Shown one piece after another: positions 12,031-23,815 of a DNA stretch of 64,000 bases. A program made the translations under genes and the position numbers. The notes beneath the pieces were generated by a model that made no database searches, was not told where the DNA came from, and saw only the letters and a program-made list of their open reading frames with translations. The stretch is from Eledone cirrhosa (taxonomy: Eukaryota). Numbering within the stretch: position 1 is the first letter of the stretch; each line of letters begins with the position of its first letter. The stretch lies in assembly GCA_964016885.1 (NCBI GenBank), contig OZ024745.1, forward strand, positions 124,124,001 to 124,188,000. The letters run 5' to 3'.

Positions 12031-12376
12031 TCATCATTTCATTTCATCATCATTTCATTTTTACGTCCACTTTTCCCTGCTTGCAAGGGTGGGATAGGAA
12101 CTGATTCTGGTTTGATTTCTACAGCTGGATGCCCTTCCTAACACCAACCTCATTTACAGTGAGTGCTGGGTGCTTTTTTGCCGTGGCACCTCCACGACCA
12201 CTTTCCAGTGGAATGATATGGACCCCAGTCCCTATCATCTCATTTCTACAGCTGAGTAAACTGGAGCAATGTGAAATAAAGTGTCTTGCTCAAGGAAACA
12301 ACACATCACCCGGTCTGAGAACTCACAACCTTTCGATTGCAAGCCCAATGCTCTAACCACTAAGCCATGTGTCTCC
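12031..12376 (-). mobile_element. CORE-like tRNA SINE with RTE-A type tail
   Basis: Head CATGGCTTAGTGGTTAGAGC, core CCTTGAGCAAGACACTTT..CAGTTTACTCAGCTGTAGAAATG, tail CCCACCCTTGCAAGCAGGGAAAAGTGGACGTAA. Confidence 0.85.
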
Positions 12377-12705
12377 ATTTATATATATATATATGTAAAA
12401 GTAAGTCCACAGAATCATTAGATAAAATATATACAGTATTTCTTCTCCCAATCAGCATAAATCAACCACACAAAAAATCATTTAAACGAGGCTATAAGTT
12501 TAAAATGATGTGTGTGCTTATGTGTGTGTGTATATACATATAATTATATAAACGTATATAAAGATATACACATTATATGTATATTATGGAGCCCTCTTTG
12601 GATTTTAGTCTTCATATTTATTATTATTACTATATATATATATATATATATTACCCTAAGTATTGAGTACTCTGGTGCGTTATGGTCCATTTGATTCCTT
12701 ATTTG

Positions 12706-12780
<75 letters not shown>

Positions 12781-13094
12781 TGCTCATAGATAGGACAACA
12801 CACGGTTTTTCGTGGGGGTAAGTTTTTATTAATTTTCGTATTCTGAAAGACCAATATACAACAATTTTTGCCCATTGGAAGCTGGGAAACGTTTTGAGAA
12901 AAGCTGTGAAAGCTACAGAAATATCTCTACACTCACTCCCCACCATCACCACATAACTCATTACCCTATCTAAGGTGGCTGACCTGTTGACTGTTGACAT
13001 ACTGCTAACTCCTTTGATATATGTATGTGTATATATATATGTGTATGTGTGTGTATATATGTGTGTATATATATATCTCAGTGGATGCGACCAG

Positions 13095-13630
13095 ATTTCA
13101 ACACAGTAACAACTACAACTACAAGAACAACAGCAACTACAACAACAGCGACAGCGACAACAATAGCAGTAACAACACCATTGTCTGTGTTGAATGTGTG
13201 TGTATGTATGTATTTATATATATGCGACTACAATAACAGCAACAGCACCATCGCCATTGTCTGCAGCAGCAGCATCAGTGAAATGAAGAACAACAACAAC
13301 GGCAGCAGCAGCAACAACAACAATAACAATGACAGCAACAACAACTGCCACCACCATCACCATACTGACACCATCCTCCACCTTCACCACCACCACAACC
13401 ACCACCAACACCATCACTGGCACCATCCATCACCGCCATCACCACCATCACTAACACCATCCAGCACCACCACCTCCACCACCACCACCACCACCATCAC
13501 TGGCACCGTCCACCACCACCGCCATCACCACAATCACTGACACCACCCACCACTTTCACCACCACCACTACTACCACCGCCACCATCACTAGCACCATCC
13601 ACCACCGCCACTACCACCACCATCATCAGC
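13095..13630. repeat. (CAA/CAG)n and (CAC)n low-complexity tract
   Basis: Trinucleotide runs; explain the poly-N/T/H ORFs. Confidence 0.9.
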
Positions 13631-13949
13631 GTAAAGCAAACAATTATTATTATTATTATTATTATATAAAAACTCAACTGGACTGGGAAAAGTCAACAGT
13701 TGACATGATTTTGATTTTGTATCAGTACTGCCGGTAATATATATATATATGTATGTATGTGAGTGGTGTGTGTGTTTGTATGCATGAGTGTTGGTGTGTG
13801 AGTGGCGTGTGTGTTTGTAGTTTGTATGCATGAGTGTTGGTGTGTGAGTGTGTTTGTGTGCGTGTCGTGTCAATAAGTGTTTTTTTTTCTGACCATGCTG
13901 TAAAATGGAGGGGTAGAGAGGGCCCTTGAGTCTAGTAAGACATCCTCTC

Positions 13950-15283
13950 TAGTGCTGGTGGCACAAATAAAAGCACCCAGTCCATGCTGTAAAGTGGCGC
14001 TGGTGTTAGGAAGGGCATCCAACCAGTGTATCAATGCCAACATGCTTACCAGCACAGCAACAAATAGACAGGAACATCAGCAAAATATGAAGACATTGCA
14101 TCTCAGAGTTGTAACACTTAATGTTGGAACTCTTAGAGGTAGATCTACTGAAATAGAGGAGGTAGATCTACTGAAATAGAGGAGGTAGATCTACTGAAAT
14201 AGCGGAGATGCTGGTGAGAAGGCATGTGAATGTGTGCTGCGTGCAAGAGGTGAGATGGAGAGGTGCCTCTGCGAGACTAGTCGTAGGCAAACATCTCAGC
14301 TATAAGCTTTTCTGGGTAGGTAAGGATGATGGGTTAGGGGGAGTAGGCATTTTCCTGGCTGAGAGATGGATCAATAAGACAATAGAGATAGTTCGAGTTA
14401 GTAATCAAATAATTAAGCTTAGATTAGTTGTAGACAGGAGACTACTGACAATCATCTCTGCCTATGCTCCCCAAGCAGGCCTAGGCAAAGATGAGAAAGA
14501 CTGCTTTTACGAGCAACTATTACAAACAACCGCAATGACAGAAGATGGAGACATCGTTATGCTAGCAGGAGACTTCAATGGTCATAACAGAGGAGTTTAA
14601 GACTGGCTGTCCATGGGAACTTCAAATGCAGGCGGGTGCTATAGATGTGGTAGATAGCTTCCGGTACCTAGGAGATCAGATTAGCATGGGATGGGGTGTT
14701 CCGAGGCCATAGTATCTAGAATAAGGCTGGGTTGGAAGACGTTTAGGGAGCTGCTTCCTCTGCTGACGAAGAAGGGTTTCTCCCTGCATACGAAAGGCCG
14801 GTTATATGATGCCTGTGTGAGGTGTGCGATGTTGCATGGTAGTGAGACATGGGCAGCAACTGCAGAGGATATGCATCAGCTGGAGAGAAATGAGGGACGC
14901 ATGCTCCGTTGGATGTGCAGTGTCAATGTGCGTGAACGACCCAGCATGAATGTGTTGAGAGAGAAACTGTGTCTGAGAGGGATAGAATGTAGTGTACGGG
15001 AGAGGAGACTGAGGTGGTATGGACATGTGATGCGCATGGAGGATGACCGATGGGTGAAGAAGTGCCAGTAAATGCCAGTTGAAGGAAGACGTGGTAGAGG
15101 TAGACCACGAAAAACATGGGCGGAGGTGGTGAGAGCTGACCTCAGATCGCTGAAGCTCATGGTGGAGATGACGAAGGACCGTGACAAGTGGAGAGATACT
15201 GTGCTGAATAAGACACGTCCCACCCTTGCAAGCAGGGAAGAGCGGACGTAAAATTATGATGATGATGATGATGATGATGATGA
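13950..15283 (+). mobile_element. RTE-clade LINE (family A), internally deleted: APE endonuclease N-terminus fused to post-RT C-terminus
   Basis: LRVVTLNVGTL, CCVQEVRW, ISAYAPQ and AGDFNGH (APE motifs), then directly VVDSFRYLGD..LHGSETW..RRLRWYGHVMRM..GRGRPRKTW and a (GAT)n tail; no RT core. Confidence 0.9.
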
Positions 15284-15307
15284 TATATATATATATATAT
15301 ATATATA

Positions 15308-15512
15308 TCATCATCATCATCATCATCAACGTTTAACGTCCGTGTTCCACGCTTGCATGGGTTTGGACGGGGGTAGTCCCACTTGAGGCAAGAGTGATTG
15401 TCTTGCTCGCATAGGACTGTCTGGCAGGTTTTCTACAGTTGGATGCCCTTCCTAACACCAACCACATTTACAGTGTGGGTCTGGGAGGTTTTTACCGTGT
15501 TGCCTACACGGC

Positions 15513-15515
<3 letters not shown>
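15308..15515 (-). mobile_element. RTE/SINE 3' tail fragment (third tail variant)
   Basis: GTTAGGAAGGGCATCC motif and CCCATGCAAGCGTGGAACACGGACGTTAAAC-(GAT)n end; second copy at 32343-32558 (+). Confidence 0.75.
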
Positions 15516-15554
<39 letters not shown>

Positions 15555-15624
15555 TATATAGATATATAGATATATACATCTGTATCTAACTCTTTAACAT
15601 TTATATCCAAATACATACATGAAC

Positions 15625-16025
15625 GTGCATGGCTTAGTGGTTAGAGCATTGGGCTTGCAATCGAAAGGTTGTGAGTTCAATTCTCGGACCTGGTGATGTG
15701 TTGTTTCCTTGAGCAAGACACTTTATTTCACATTGCTCCAGTTTACTCAGCTGTAGAAATGAGATGATAGGACTGGGGTCCCTATCATTCCACTGCAAAA
15801 GTGGTCGTGGAGGTGCCATGGCAAAAAAGCACCCAGCACTCACTGTAAATAAGGTGGTTGGTGTTAGGAAGGGCATCCAGCTGTAGAAATCAAGCCAGAA
15901 TCAGTTCCCATATGAGCAAGACAAGGTCAGCCGACCGGACGCTGCCCACAGGACAACCCGTCTAACCCATGCTAGCGTAGAAGAACGGATGTAAAAACGG
16001 TGATTATGATGATGATGATGATGAT
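15625..16025 (+). mobile_element. CORE-like tRNA SINE with RTE-B type tail
   Basis: Same head and core as the 12031 copy but tail AACCCGTCTAACCCATGCTAGCGTAGAAGAACGGATGTAA-(GAT)n. Confidence 0.85.
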
Positions 16026-16395
16026 ACAACTCATTTCATACCTTAGTCATGTTGCTTTCCAATCCCAAAGTCCTTGGTTCTAACACAGTATTTGTCTCTG
16101 TGAATAGTCATTCCCCAAAGTGACTCATATATAGATATAGTCCTGTATGTCATTTTTACATATATACTGAAGATATATGTAACTATATCCTAGAAATAAG
16201 TTATTAAAATATCACTCTTATCTTTAACCACTTCAACACATGATTAATCAACATAACAATTAATTTATCAAACTGTTAATTTATTAAAACACAAATTTCA
16301 CAGTTTGTATGATTGTTCATATATTTGGTAAGGTATATATGGTATAAATTAAATATGTTTAACATTATAGCTGTCATTATTGATGGCATTATTGA

Positions 16396-16590
16396 GTGCG
16401 GTGATTTGGCAGTATCGGTAGAGGATCTGACGCCATGCTCTGCAGTATAGGGTTACGTCCCTTTACGATCTGAGTTCAAATCTTGCCGAAGTTAACTTTG
16501 CCTTTCAACCTTACAGGGTCGATAAAATGAAGTACCAGTAATGCACTGGGATAATTGCTGTCCTTGTGCCAAAAGTAGAAACAATTATTG
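16396..16590 (+). mobile_element. SINE family M
   Basis: Full head, core and tail; flanked by ATTATTGATGG direct repeats. Confidence 0.85.
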
Positions 16591-17254
16591 ATGGTACTGA
16601 TCCATTGGTGGAAGAATAAAAATGGTCATAAGAACTAGAAAATACTAACTTATAAAAACGTACCCTTCTCAGTATGCAGGAAAGTGACAAAATAAAATTT
16701 TATATTGTGTATTGAATCATCGGAATCAAATAACATCTTGGTGGTAGTGTGATATTTCAGTTAAACAGCCAGAACATGTTAATTATAGATATGCCAGACG
16801 CTGTTGTGTAACCCAACTATGTCATCCTTCTTTGATTGAAGACTGTAGATTTCCTAAATGGGCTTAGATAATCGCTATTCATTTATTTACCCATTTATAA
16901 AGTTGAGTCACATTTCTAGACTAAATTGCAATGTGGTTTTGGTTGAAGAGAAAATATTGACCAGAAAAGACTTCTAAAAGAAATGGTTGGCAGCAAGGAG
17001 ATGAGACATAATGAACAGATTGTGTTATTTATTTTCTTTATAGAATGAGAGACAGGGCTAGAAATAGCATAACATTTCAAATATAAGATAGATGCAAGTT
17101 GAAGAAAAGCAAGCAATTATTACGCCTGTTTGCCTAAACAAATTGTTGTCCCTCCCTGTTGGTTTGTGGAATGCCTAACTTGTATATGAAACAGATCAAA
17201 AAGTATGAGCCTGTTAAATAAGCAGAAGCAAATGAACTTCATGAACCACTAAAT

Positions 17255-17425
17255 GTGCCAGAAATAGTAGCTAAATCTTTCTTAAATTGCACCCTGTTGT
17301 CTTAAAAAGAAAGATCTTGGATAATGTAGACATAAATGCATGACTGACAAAAAGAAAAAGATGGGATAATTATAATTGGATCATCTCTGTTCACAAGCCT
17401 GCTTTATTAGTATTAAACAATAATA
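17255..17425 (+). mobile_element. old interspersed repeat (SINE-like 3' part, (CAA)n tail)
   Basis: Motif CTAGAAATAGCAGCCAAATCT.. recurs near 945, 11005, 37915, 38620, 39045, 28420(-) and 49135(-). Confidence 0.55.
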
Positions 17426-18432
17426 GCAGCAGTGACAAAAATTACAGATATTGAGTGTAAAATGTGAACTTCAAGGACAAGCTAAAAGATAAGTTAACAA
17501 CTTAAAAGACTGATCAGTTTTGCTGTATAGCACCTTTCCATATAATTCAATTCTGCATAATCTCAGGTATAAAGTACATTATTCAAAGATCAAATGTCTT
17601 CTTTAGCCTGCCTCTACAACTATGGTTTTGCAATTTCTTCTTTTAATTTAGCAGACTTCAGTCATATGTAATACTTTGTAAGGAAAAAATTAATGAATAA
17701 TTTCATAAGAAATTAAGCATTTTGTCGAGTGATTTCTCTCAGAAGAAATTTTATTTTGTTAATACAAATATTTTTACATTGAAATACATCAATTTCTTTT
17801 CTAAACGACATTTTTCCATTTAGATGATAAAATCAGCACCTTTGCTATACATCATTGTCAATGTTAGCCTAACCTGGTGCCAGCTGTTTTGCTGTGGCCA
17901 TGCTAGAGACCTGCCATGAATGTCAGTAGGGATTTTTAATATTTTTATTACTCAAGTATTAAGCAGAGTGGATTGAAGAAGGGGTAAAATGCAAGACAAA
18001 ATCTATTGTAGTATTTAGCTTTATTTCTTTACGTTTCAAGTTCAAATCTTTCCAGGATTGAATTTGCTTTTCAACTTTCACCTCTTAGGGATGTGAAAGA
18101 CAAAAAGTTGAAGAACCAGGATATTCTGTCAAATATTGAGGTCAATTCGATTGACTACACACCTCCCTCTAAAGCTTGTGACTTTGCTTATATTGATTTC
18201 TAATTTAGGCACAAGGCTAGAACATTTGGGAGGAAGAGCAAAGGTGATTAAATCAATTATAGTACTTAACTGGTACTTTATTTTATTGACCCCAAAATGT
18301 AGGAGAATTAGCTCAGAGCGCAGACTTTGCATGAGACTGGTAAGTTTGATAATATTAGAAACACTTATCAAACAACATTTTGAAACTGCGACAAAAATTG
18401 CTTTACTTGAAAATCAATACTGCCATGCTTAA

Positions 18433-18568
18433 CCCTTTTTTGACAGATTATGATAGCTCGTTTTCTATGGAATTATTGCCTTGATAAAACCTGACAGCCC
18501 GTCTGGCTTCTAAAATCGTTACATTTATGTATTTTATAGACACACTACAGCAGTTAGTCATTTAAGAG
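18433..18568. mobile_element. second piggyBac-type MITE (degenerate)
   Basis: TTAA-CCCTT ... AAGAG-TTAA termini. Confidence 0.4.
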
Positions 18569-19269
18569 TTAAACTGCTTATTCTTTAGACAATGTTTTTG
18601 TATTGCCTAGACCAGTACTCATCAACCTGAGTAATAACACCCACTAGTACATGATTCCAGGTTTTTTGGTGGTCGTTTGAGATCTTCTGGGTGTTGGAAG
18701 GCTTTACATGAACAATAACAATTTTACTGTTTATTGGCAGACAGTGAATGAATGATTTATAAACCATGCATAAACTCTTTACATAAATACCATTTAACCC
18801 AAGCAAAGCCTCAGTTTTCTTTGACTGGGCCTCAATATTTTTTATTTTTTGCACAAATGGAAAACTTTACAAATGTAGGCCAATGGAAGCCTATGATATA
18901 TTTTGCCCGACATTTTCTTTCAGTTATGATTGCTAGGCTTAGCTTTCCTTCAAGACTTACATTCATTAAGTTCTATTAGCTGAAGCCCTATTTTAATGAA
19001 ATTTGTGATTTTGTTCAATTTGGTAAAGCCAATTAAATCAGGTGTGTGGCTGGATATAAGTAGATCTGTAGAATCTTTTATTACTTGATCTGCTGTTATC
19101 TAGATTTAAAAAAAAAAAGTAACAGGCCTATCAGAAACATGTGTTGTTAAAAACAAAATCTTGACAATTTACCTGAGTATCTGAAATTTGGGTTTATTAA
19201 ATCTATTTCTAATAAACAACTTGTATTTAGCCTGTCAAAATATATTTATAAATGAAGTCATGAAGCCTA

Positions 19270-19935
19270 ATCGATTATGAAACCATATGGTTACAAAACA
19301 TCAAATAAAAAAGCCAAAGCCATTTAGCAGATGCCAAGTTTATTACTGTTGTAGATAGATATGACCAAATGATTTATCTATTTATCTTTGGACAAGGAGA
19401 GTAAACAATTCACTGCAATTTTCCCACCATTTGGAACTTATGTCTACCAGGTTCTAGCCAAGGGACTTTCATGTTCTGCTGATATTTTCAACAATGTCTT
19501 GTATGAACTGTTATCTGGCCTCAACATTGGACAACATTGGACAACATTGTCATTTTTCGCAATACACATGCCTAACCTAAGAACCTCGAGGCATTTTTGG
19601 ATCATTGTGCAGAAATAGACCTTTATATGAACCTTGAGAAACTAACAGTCAATGCACAGTCAATGCCATTCTTTGGCATGCAGTTGACTGTTGAAGGACT
19701 GAAACCCTTACCAGAGAAAGTGTCAGTTATAAAAGACTGACCTACTCCAAAGAACAAGACAGCTGCAAAGTTTCCTGGATATTGTGTATTATTTAAGCAG
19801 ATTCATACCCAATATGTCCTCAGTAAGAAAGCCTCCACAGGATCTAAGAAGGATAGTGTTTTTTATTGGTATCAACACGAGGATAAAATGTTTAATCAGC
19901 TCAAACAAGCAATTTCAGATGACTGTACACTTTAG
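19270..19935 (+). mobile_element. Ty3/Gypsy reverse transcriptase and connection remnant
   Basis: LADAKFITVVD..LDKESKQFTAIFPPFGTYVYQVLAKGLSCSADIFNNVL..PFFGMQLTVEGLKPLPEKVSVIKD*PTPKN..YYLSRFIPNMS, with stops and frameshifts. Confidence 0.85.
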
Positions 19936-20061
19936 CTGATGGTTGCTGTTAGGAAGGACATCCAGTCATAGAAACTATGCCAAATATGACCAAGATAGTT
20001 TAGAGTAAACTATGATGACCCATCCAACTCATGCTGAAATGGTAAGTAAATGTAAAATGAT

Positions 20062-20250
20062 AATTGTTTCTACTTTTGGCACAAGGCCAGCAATTATCTC
20101 AGTGCATTACTGGTCCTTTATTTTATCGACCCCGTATGGATGAAAGGCAAAGTTAACCTTGGCAGGATTTGAACTCAGATCATAAAGGGCCGTAACTCTA
20201 TGCTCCAAAGCATGGCATCTGACTCTCTACTGATACTGGCAATCCACCAC
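20062..20250 (-). mobile_element. SINE family M
   Basis: Reverse-complement core and head. Confidence 0.85.
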
Positions 20251-20479
20251 TGAACGTAAAATGGCAATGATGATGAAATTAGATTTATCTGATCAGTATG
20301 GCTCTTTTTTTTCAATTCCAAGTAGAAATTCTACAACTTTTCTCCACATTCTCCTACTGTTATCTGAATGCTCACGTTTTAGGTGAGTCAATTAATTTGA
20401 AGTTCTCGTTAAAACTGAGTGCGCTTGAGACATTTATTAATTACCTTCACGCCACCACCTCCATGGGTACAAAGAAGTG

Positions 20480-20965
20480 CTTTCCAAAAAGACACATTAG
20501 GTGTTTCTTCTATCACATTTTTATTGTTTTCATCAGTTTTGCTTTCCCATTTTTTTGCAAGCTTCTTCATAAGTAGGTAATACAATTCAATCTACAATTC
20601 TTGACTTGGCAAAACTCTGTGGTCTTAGTTTATAGTATATCAGTGTTTTCATAAAGTGGAACTGTTGAGATTTCTGATTGATGTTGGAGATCCTGCCAAT
20701 TGTAATACAGAAAATTATTTTACATCGCATCCCCATATCTGCTTCTTTTAACTGCTTTACTACTATAAAAATCATCTATAATACTGTGAGATATCAGCAT
20801 AAAGAAATATATTCCCCTCTAGAGCAATAGCATTGAGTGCAAAGAATGCAGTCAACTTAGTTACCAGCTGCCTACGGTTTGATACATCATTTGCTTCATT
20901 GTACGCATAACGAAGAATTGATTCATTCTTGAGATGCACTGGGAGCTTTTGCACTAGAGAATATC
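20480..20965 (-). mobile_element. Helitron Rep/Helicase coding remnant (region between Rep and PIF1 helicase)
   Basis: QKLPVHLKNE..TKLTAFFALN..LYADISQYY..TIGRI..FHFMKTLI..PQSFAKSRIVD*IVLPTYEEACKKMG matches the RepHel pattern RLxVHL..TLTAFF..LYxEIP..IGR..GPxSFxDLRTVxG..TFxEAC. Confidence 0.75.
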
Positions 20966-21175
20966 GCTTTGTATGGGAAATTCATAGTCTTCCCTTATCT
21001 ATGTATATCTAATAATGTAAGCATTAGCATAGTAATATTTCTCTTTTTGAAATTTTGAAATGATGTTTAATGCACTCTTTTTATCAGTCATTCAACATCA
21101 TTTGTTCTTAGAGATGAAAGAGATGGAGAAGATAAGGAAAGAAAAAGAGTTTAAGAGACCACCACTTTATTACTT

Positions 21176-21246
21176 ATCATTGGTAGTGTGGCAAGTATCC
21201 ACGCTTGTCATGCAGGAGACTGGGTTTCAATTACTTGCTGAGGGGG
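21176..21246 (+). pseudogene. tRNA-Asp(GTC) pseudogene
   Basis: AGTATCCACGCTTGTCATGCAGGAGACTGGGTTTCAATT aligns to eukaryotic tRNA-Asp AGTATCCCCGCCTGTCACGCGGGAGACCGGGGTTCGATT; several differences are CpG transitions; anticodon GTC at 21207-21209. Confidence 0.75.
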
Positions 21247-21461
21247 CTCTTTATTATATAATTTAAGTAAAATTTGTTGAATACAAATTTAAATGATATG
21301 GAACAAAAATAAAGAGAATAAAAGTGACAAATCTGTAAAATGAAACAAATCAACCCAAATATACATTCAAGGAAACAAATATGGAATGTTCTACTAACTG
21401 AACTCATCTTCGAAACTGTTTGAGGTGTACTGTATGTACATAGATTTCACACACACTCACA

Positions 21462-21517
<56 letters not shown>

Positions 21518-21600
21518 AATAAATAAATATATATATATATATGGAGGAAGTTGTAGTTCACTTGAAGCATTGTGTAATGATGTATAAACGTTTGGAGTTG

Positions 21601-21714
21601 TAAGGCCAAGACAATGCAGGTATGGATATATATCCATACCTGCATTGTCTTGGCCTTAACGGTTCAAGTTATCCCTGGATAACCAGGGATAACTATCCAG
21701 GGATAACTTGAACC
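21601..21714. repeat. two adjacent perfect inverted repeats
   Basis: 58-bp loopless palindrome at 21601-21658; 21-bp arms at 21661-21681 and 21694-21714. Confidence 0.95.
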
Positions 21715-21738
21715 ATTAAATTTATAAAACACACTTCG

Positions 21739-21800
21739 TATTTTATCTGATGATAGCGTACCAAAATTTTTGGTACCCTTGAAATATATATAATAGAATA
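21739..21800 (+). ncRNA. minimal type-I hammerhead ribozyme (family H2)
   Basis: Stem I TATTTTAT/ATAGAATA, CTGATGA, stem II GTACCAAAA/TTTTGGTAC, GAAA, T-ATAT-A palindromic stem III, AUA cleavage triplet. Confidence 0.75.
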
Positions 21801-21936
21801 AATATGGTTTTATAAATATAGTTTCCATTTATTTAATATCATTTATATTATACTCCAGAAAAATCTGTTGAGTGCTCTGAATCAGTTATAAACATTTATA
21901 TTTGTTGAATTACCAACAAATTGAATATCCCTTCTG

Positions 21937-21967
<31 letters not shown>

Positions 21968-21972
<5 letters not shown>

Positions 21973-22163
21973 AACCAGTAAGACCCCGACGGCTGAGCTC
22001 AAGCCGTTTCGACGGCTAATTCTGGACGTCCAGAATTAGCCGTCGAAACGGCTTGAGCTCAGCCGTCGGGGTCTTACTGGTTCCTATTACCCACTCTACT
22101 ACCCTAAGTATTAAGTACTTTGGTGCGTTATGGTCCACCTGGTTCCTTACCACATTTCCTTCG

Positions 22164-22165
<2 letters not shown>
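21968..22165 (+). mobile_element. Penelope-like fold-back module H1, copy 2
   Basis: Perfect palindrome centred on GGAC|GTCC plus the same tail as 11525; inside (TA)n. Confidence 0.7.
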
Positions 22166-22211
<46 letters not shown>

Positions 22212-22579
22212 ACACACATATATATATATAAAAAGCACCCAATCCACACTGTAAAGTGGTTGTGTAGCATCAGAATAAAAGACACCCAACACTCACTGTA
22301 AATGAGGTTGGTGTTAGGAAGGGCATCCAGCTGTAGAAACGAAGCGTGAATCAGTTCGGTATGAGCAAGTCATGGTCACATGACCTAGCATTGCCCACAA
22401 CAGGACAACTCGTTTAACCCATGCCAGCATGGAAGAAGGAAGTATATATGGAACGGAAAAAATGTTTATCACTACACATGTACTGATACCCATCTTTTTC
22501 TGTTCAGTGTGTTTATATGCCCCATTATTAGACTAGATTATATAGTCAAACAAATTATGGTGAAGCTTCTATTTCTATT

Positions 22580-22712
22580 ACGTCCCTTTACAGACTGAGT
22601 TCAAATCCCACCGAGGTTAACTTTGTCTTTCATCCTTACGGGATCGATAAAATAAAGTACCAGTAATGTACTGGATAATTGCTGGCCTTGTGCAAAAAGT
22701 AGAAACAATTAT
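22580..22712 (+). mobile_element. SINE family M, 5'-truncated
   Basis: B-box, core and tail. Confidence 0.8.
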
Positions 22713-22793
22713 ATATATATATGTCTACCTACATCTCAGAACTGCACCCACGAAAGAAAAAGACAGCGTGGGTTCTATTTATATATATATATG

Positions 22794-23505
22794 TCATCAT
22801 CACCGTTTTACGTCCGTTCTTCCACGCTAGCATCGGTTAGACGGGTTGTCCTGTTGTGGGCAGTGTCTGGTCGGCTGACCATGCCTTGCTCATACAGGAC
22901 CTGATTTGGCTTGATTCTACAGCTGGATGCCCTTCCTAACACCAACCTCATTTACAGTGAGTGCTTCGGTGCTTTATTGTGGCGCCTACACGTCCACTTT
23001 ACAGTGTGGGCTGGGTGCTTTTTGCCGTGGCACCTCCACGACCACCTTGCAGTGGGAGGGTGTGGGGTCATATTGTCTATATGCTTCAGCTTGTACCCAT
23101 GGGAGGTCGGGTACTCTGTATTACTGCGTGACGCCAGAGGTCACGGTCGTGTGTCATTGCCTTTGAGAGGTGTAATTGGGTAAGGTAGGCTTTTATCACC
23201 TCATCCCAGGTCATCTTGGGTCTCCCCACTCCGCAGTTTCCATTGACTTCTAGTGCTCTGCACCTTTATATGCAGCTGTCATCCTTCATACGCATCACAT
23301 GTCCATACCAACGCATCCGCCTCTCCTGCACACAGCATTTGATTCCTCTTATGCTCAGTCTCTCTCTCAATTCATTTATGCTTTGTCGTTCGCGTATTTT
23401 ACTGTTGTTACACATCCATCGGAGCATGCAGGCTTCATTTCTCTCTAATCTACGTAAGTCTTCCACTTTCAGCGCCCAGGTCTCACTACCATGTAACATT
23501 GCTGT
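22794..23505 (-). mobile_element. RTE-clade LINE 3' fragment (family B) with 3'UTR
   Basis: AMLHGSETWALKVEDLRRLERNEACMLRWMC..RRMRWYGHVMRM; near-identical to the 3' part of 61915-63127. Confidence 0.9.
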
Positions 23506-23567
23506 ATATATATATAATATACACATGAAAGAAAAAGACAGCGTGGGTTTTATTTATATATATATAT

Positions 23568-23629
<62 letters not shown>

Positions 23630-23634
<5 letters not shown>

Positions 23635-23815
23635 TTTATTAAAATAACAGATTAAAGTTTAAGCAAAGAATTGCTGCTTTCACCCTTAACGGGATCTTCT
23701 GAAACTCTGCTTAAACTTTAATCTGTTATTTTAATAAATATTTGCTCTACCGTATATATATTTATCTTTATCGAGCCCTCTTTGGATTTTAGTCTTCAAA
23801 TTTATTATTATTACT
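23630..23815. mobile_element. Penelope-like fold-back module with degenerate hammerhead
   Basis: Inverted arms AAAATAACAGATTAAAGTTTAAGCA / TGCTTAAACTTTAATCTGTTATTTT; minus strand CAGAAGA-tccc..ggg-GAAA; tail shared with ~12585-12630. Confidence 0.5.

Noticed and set aside
13025-13540. 171-aa T/N/H-rich ORF
   Set aside because: Trinucleotide low-complexity sequence.
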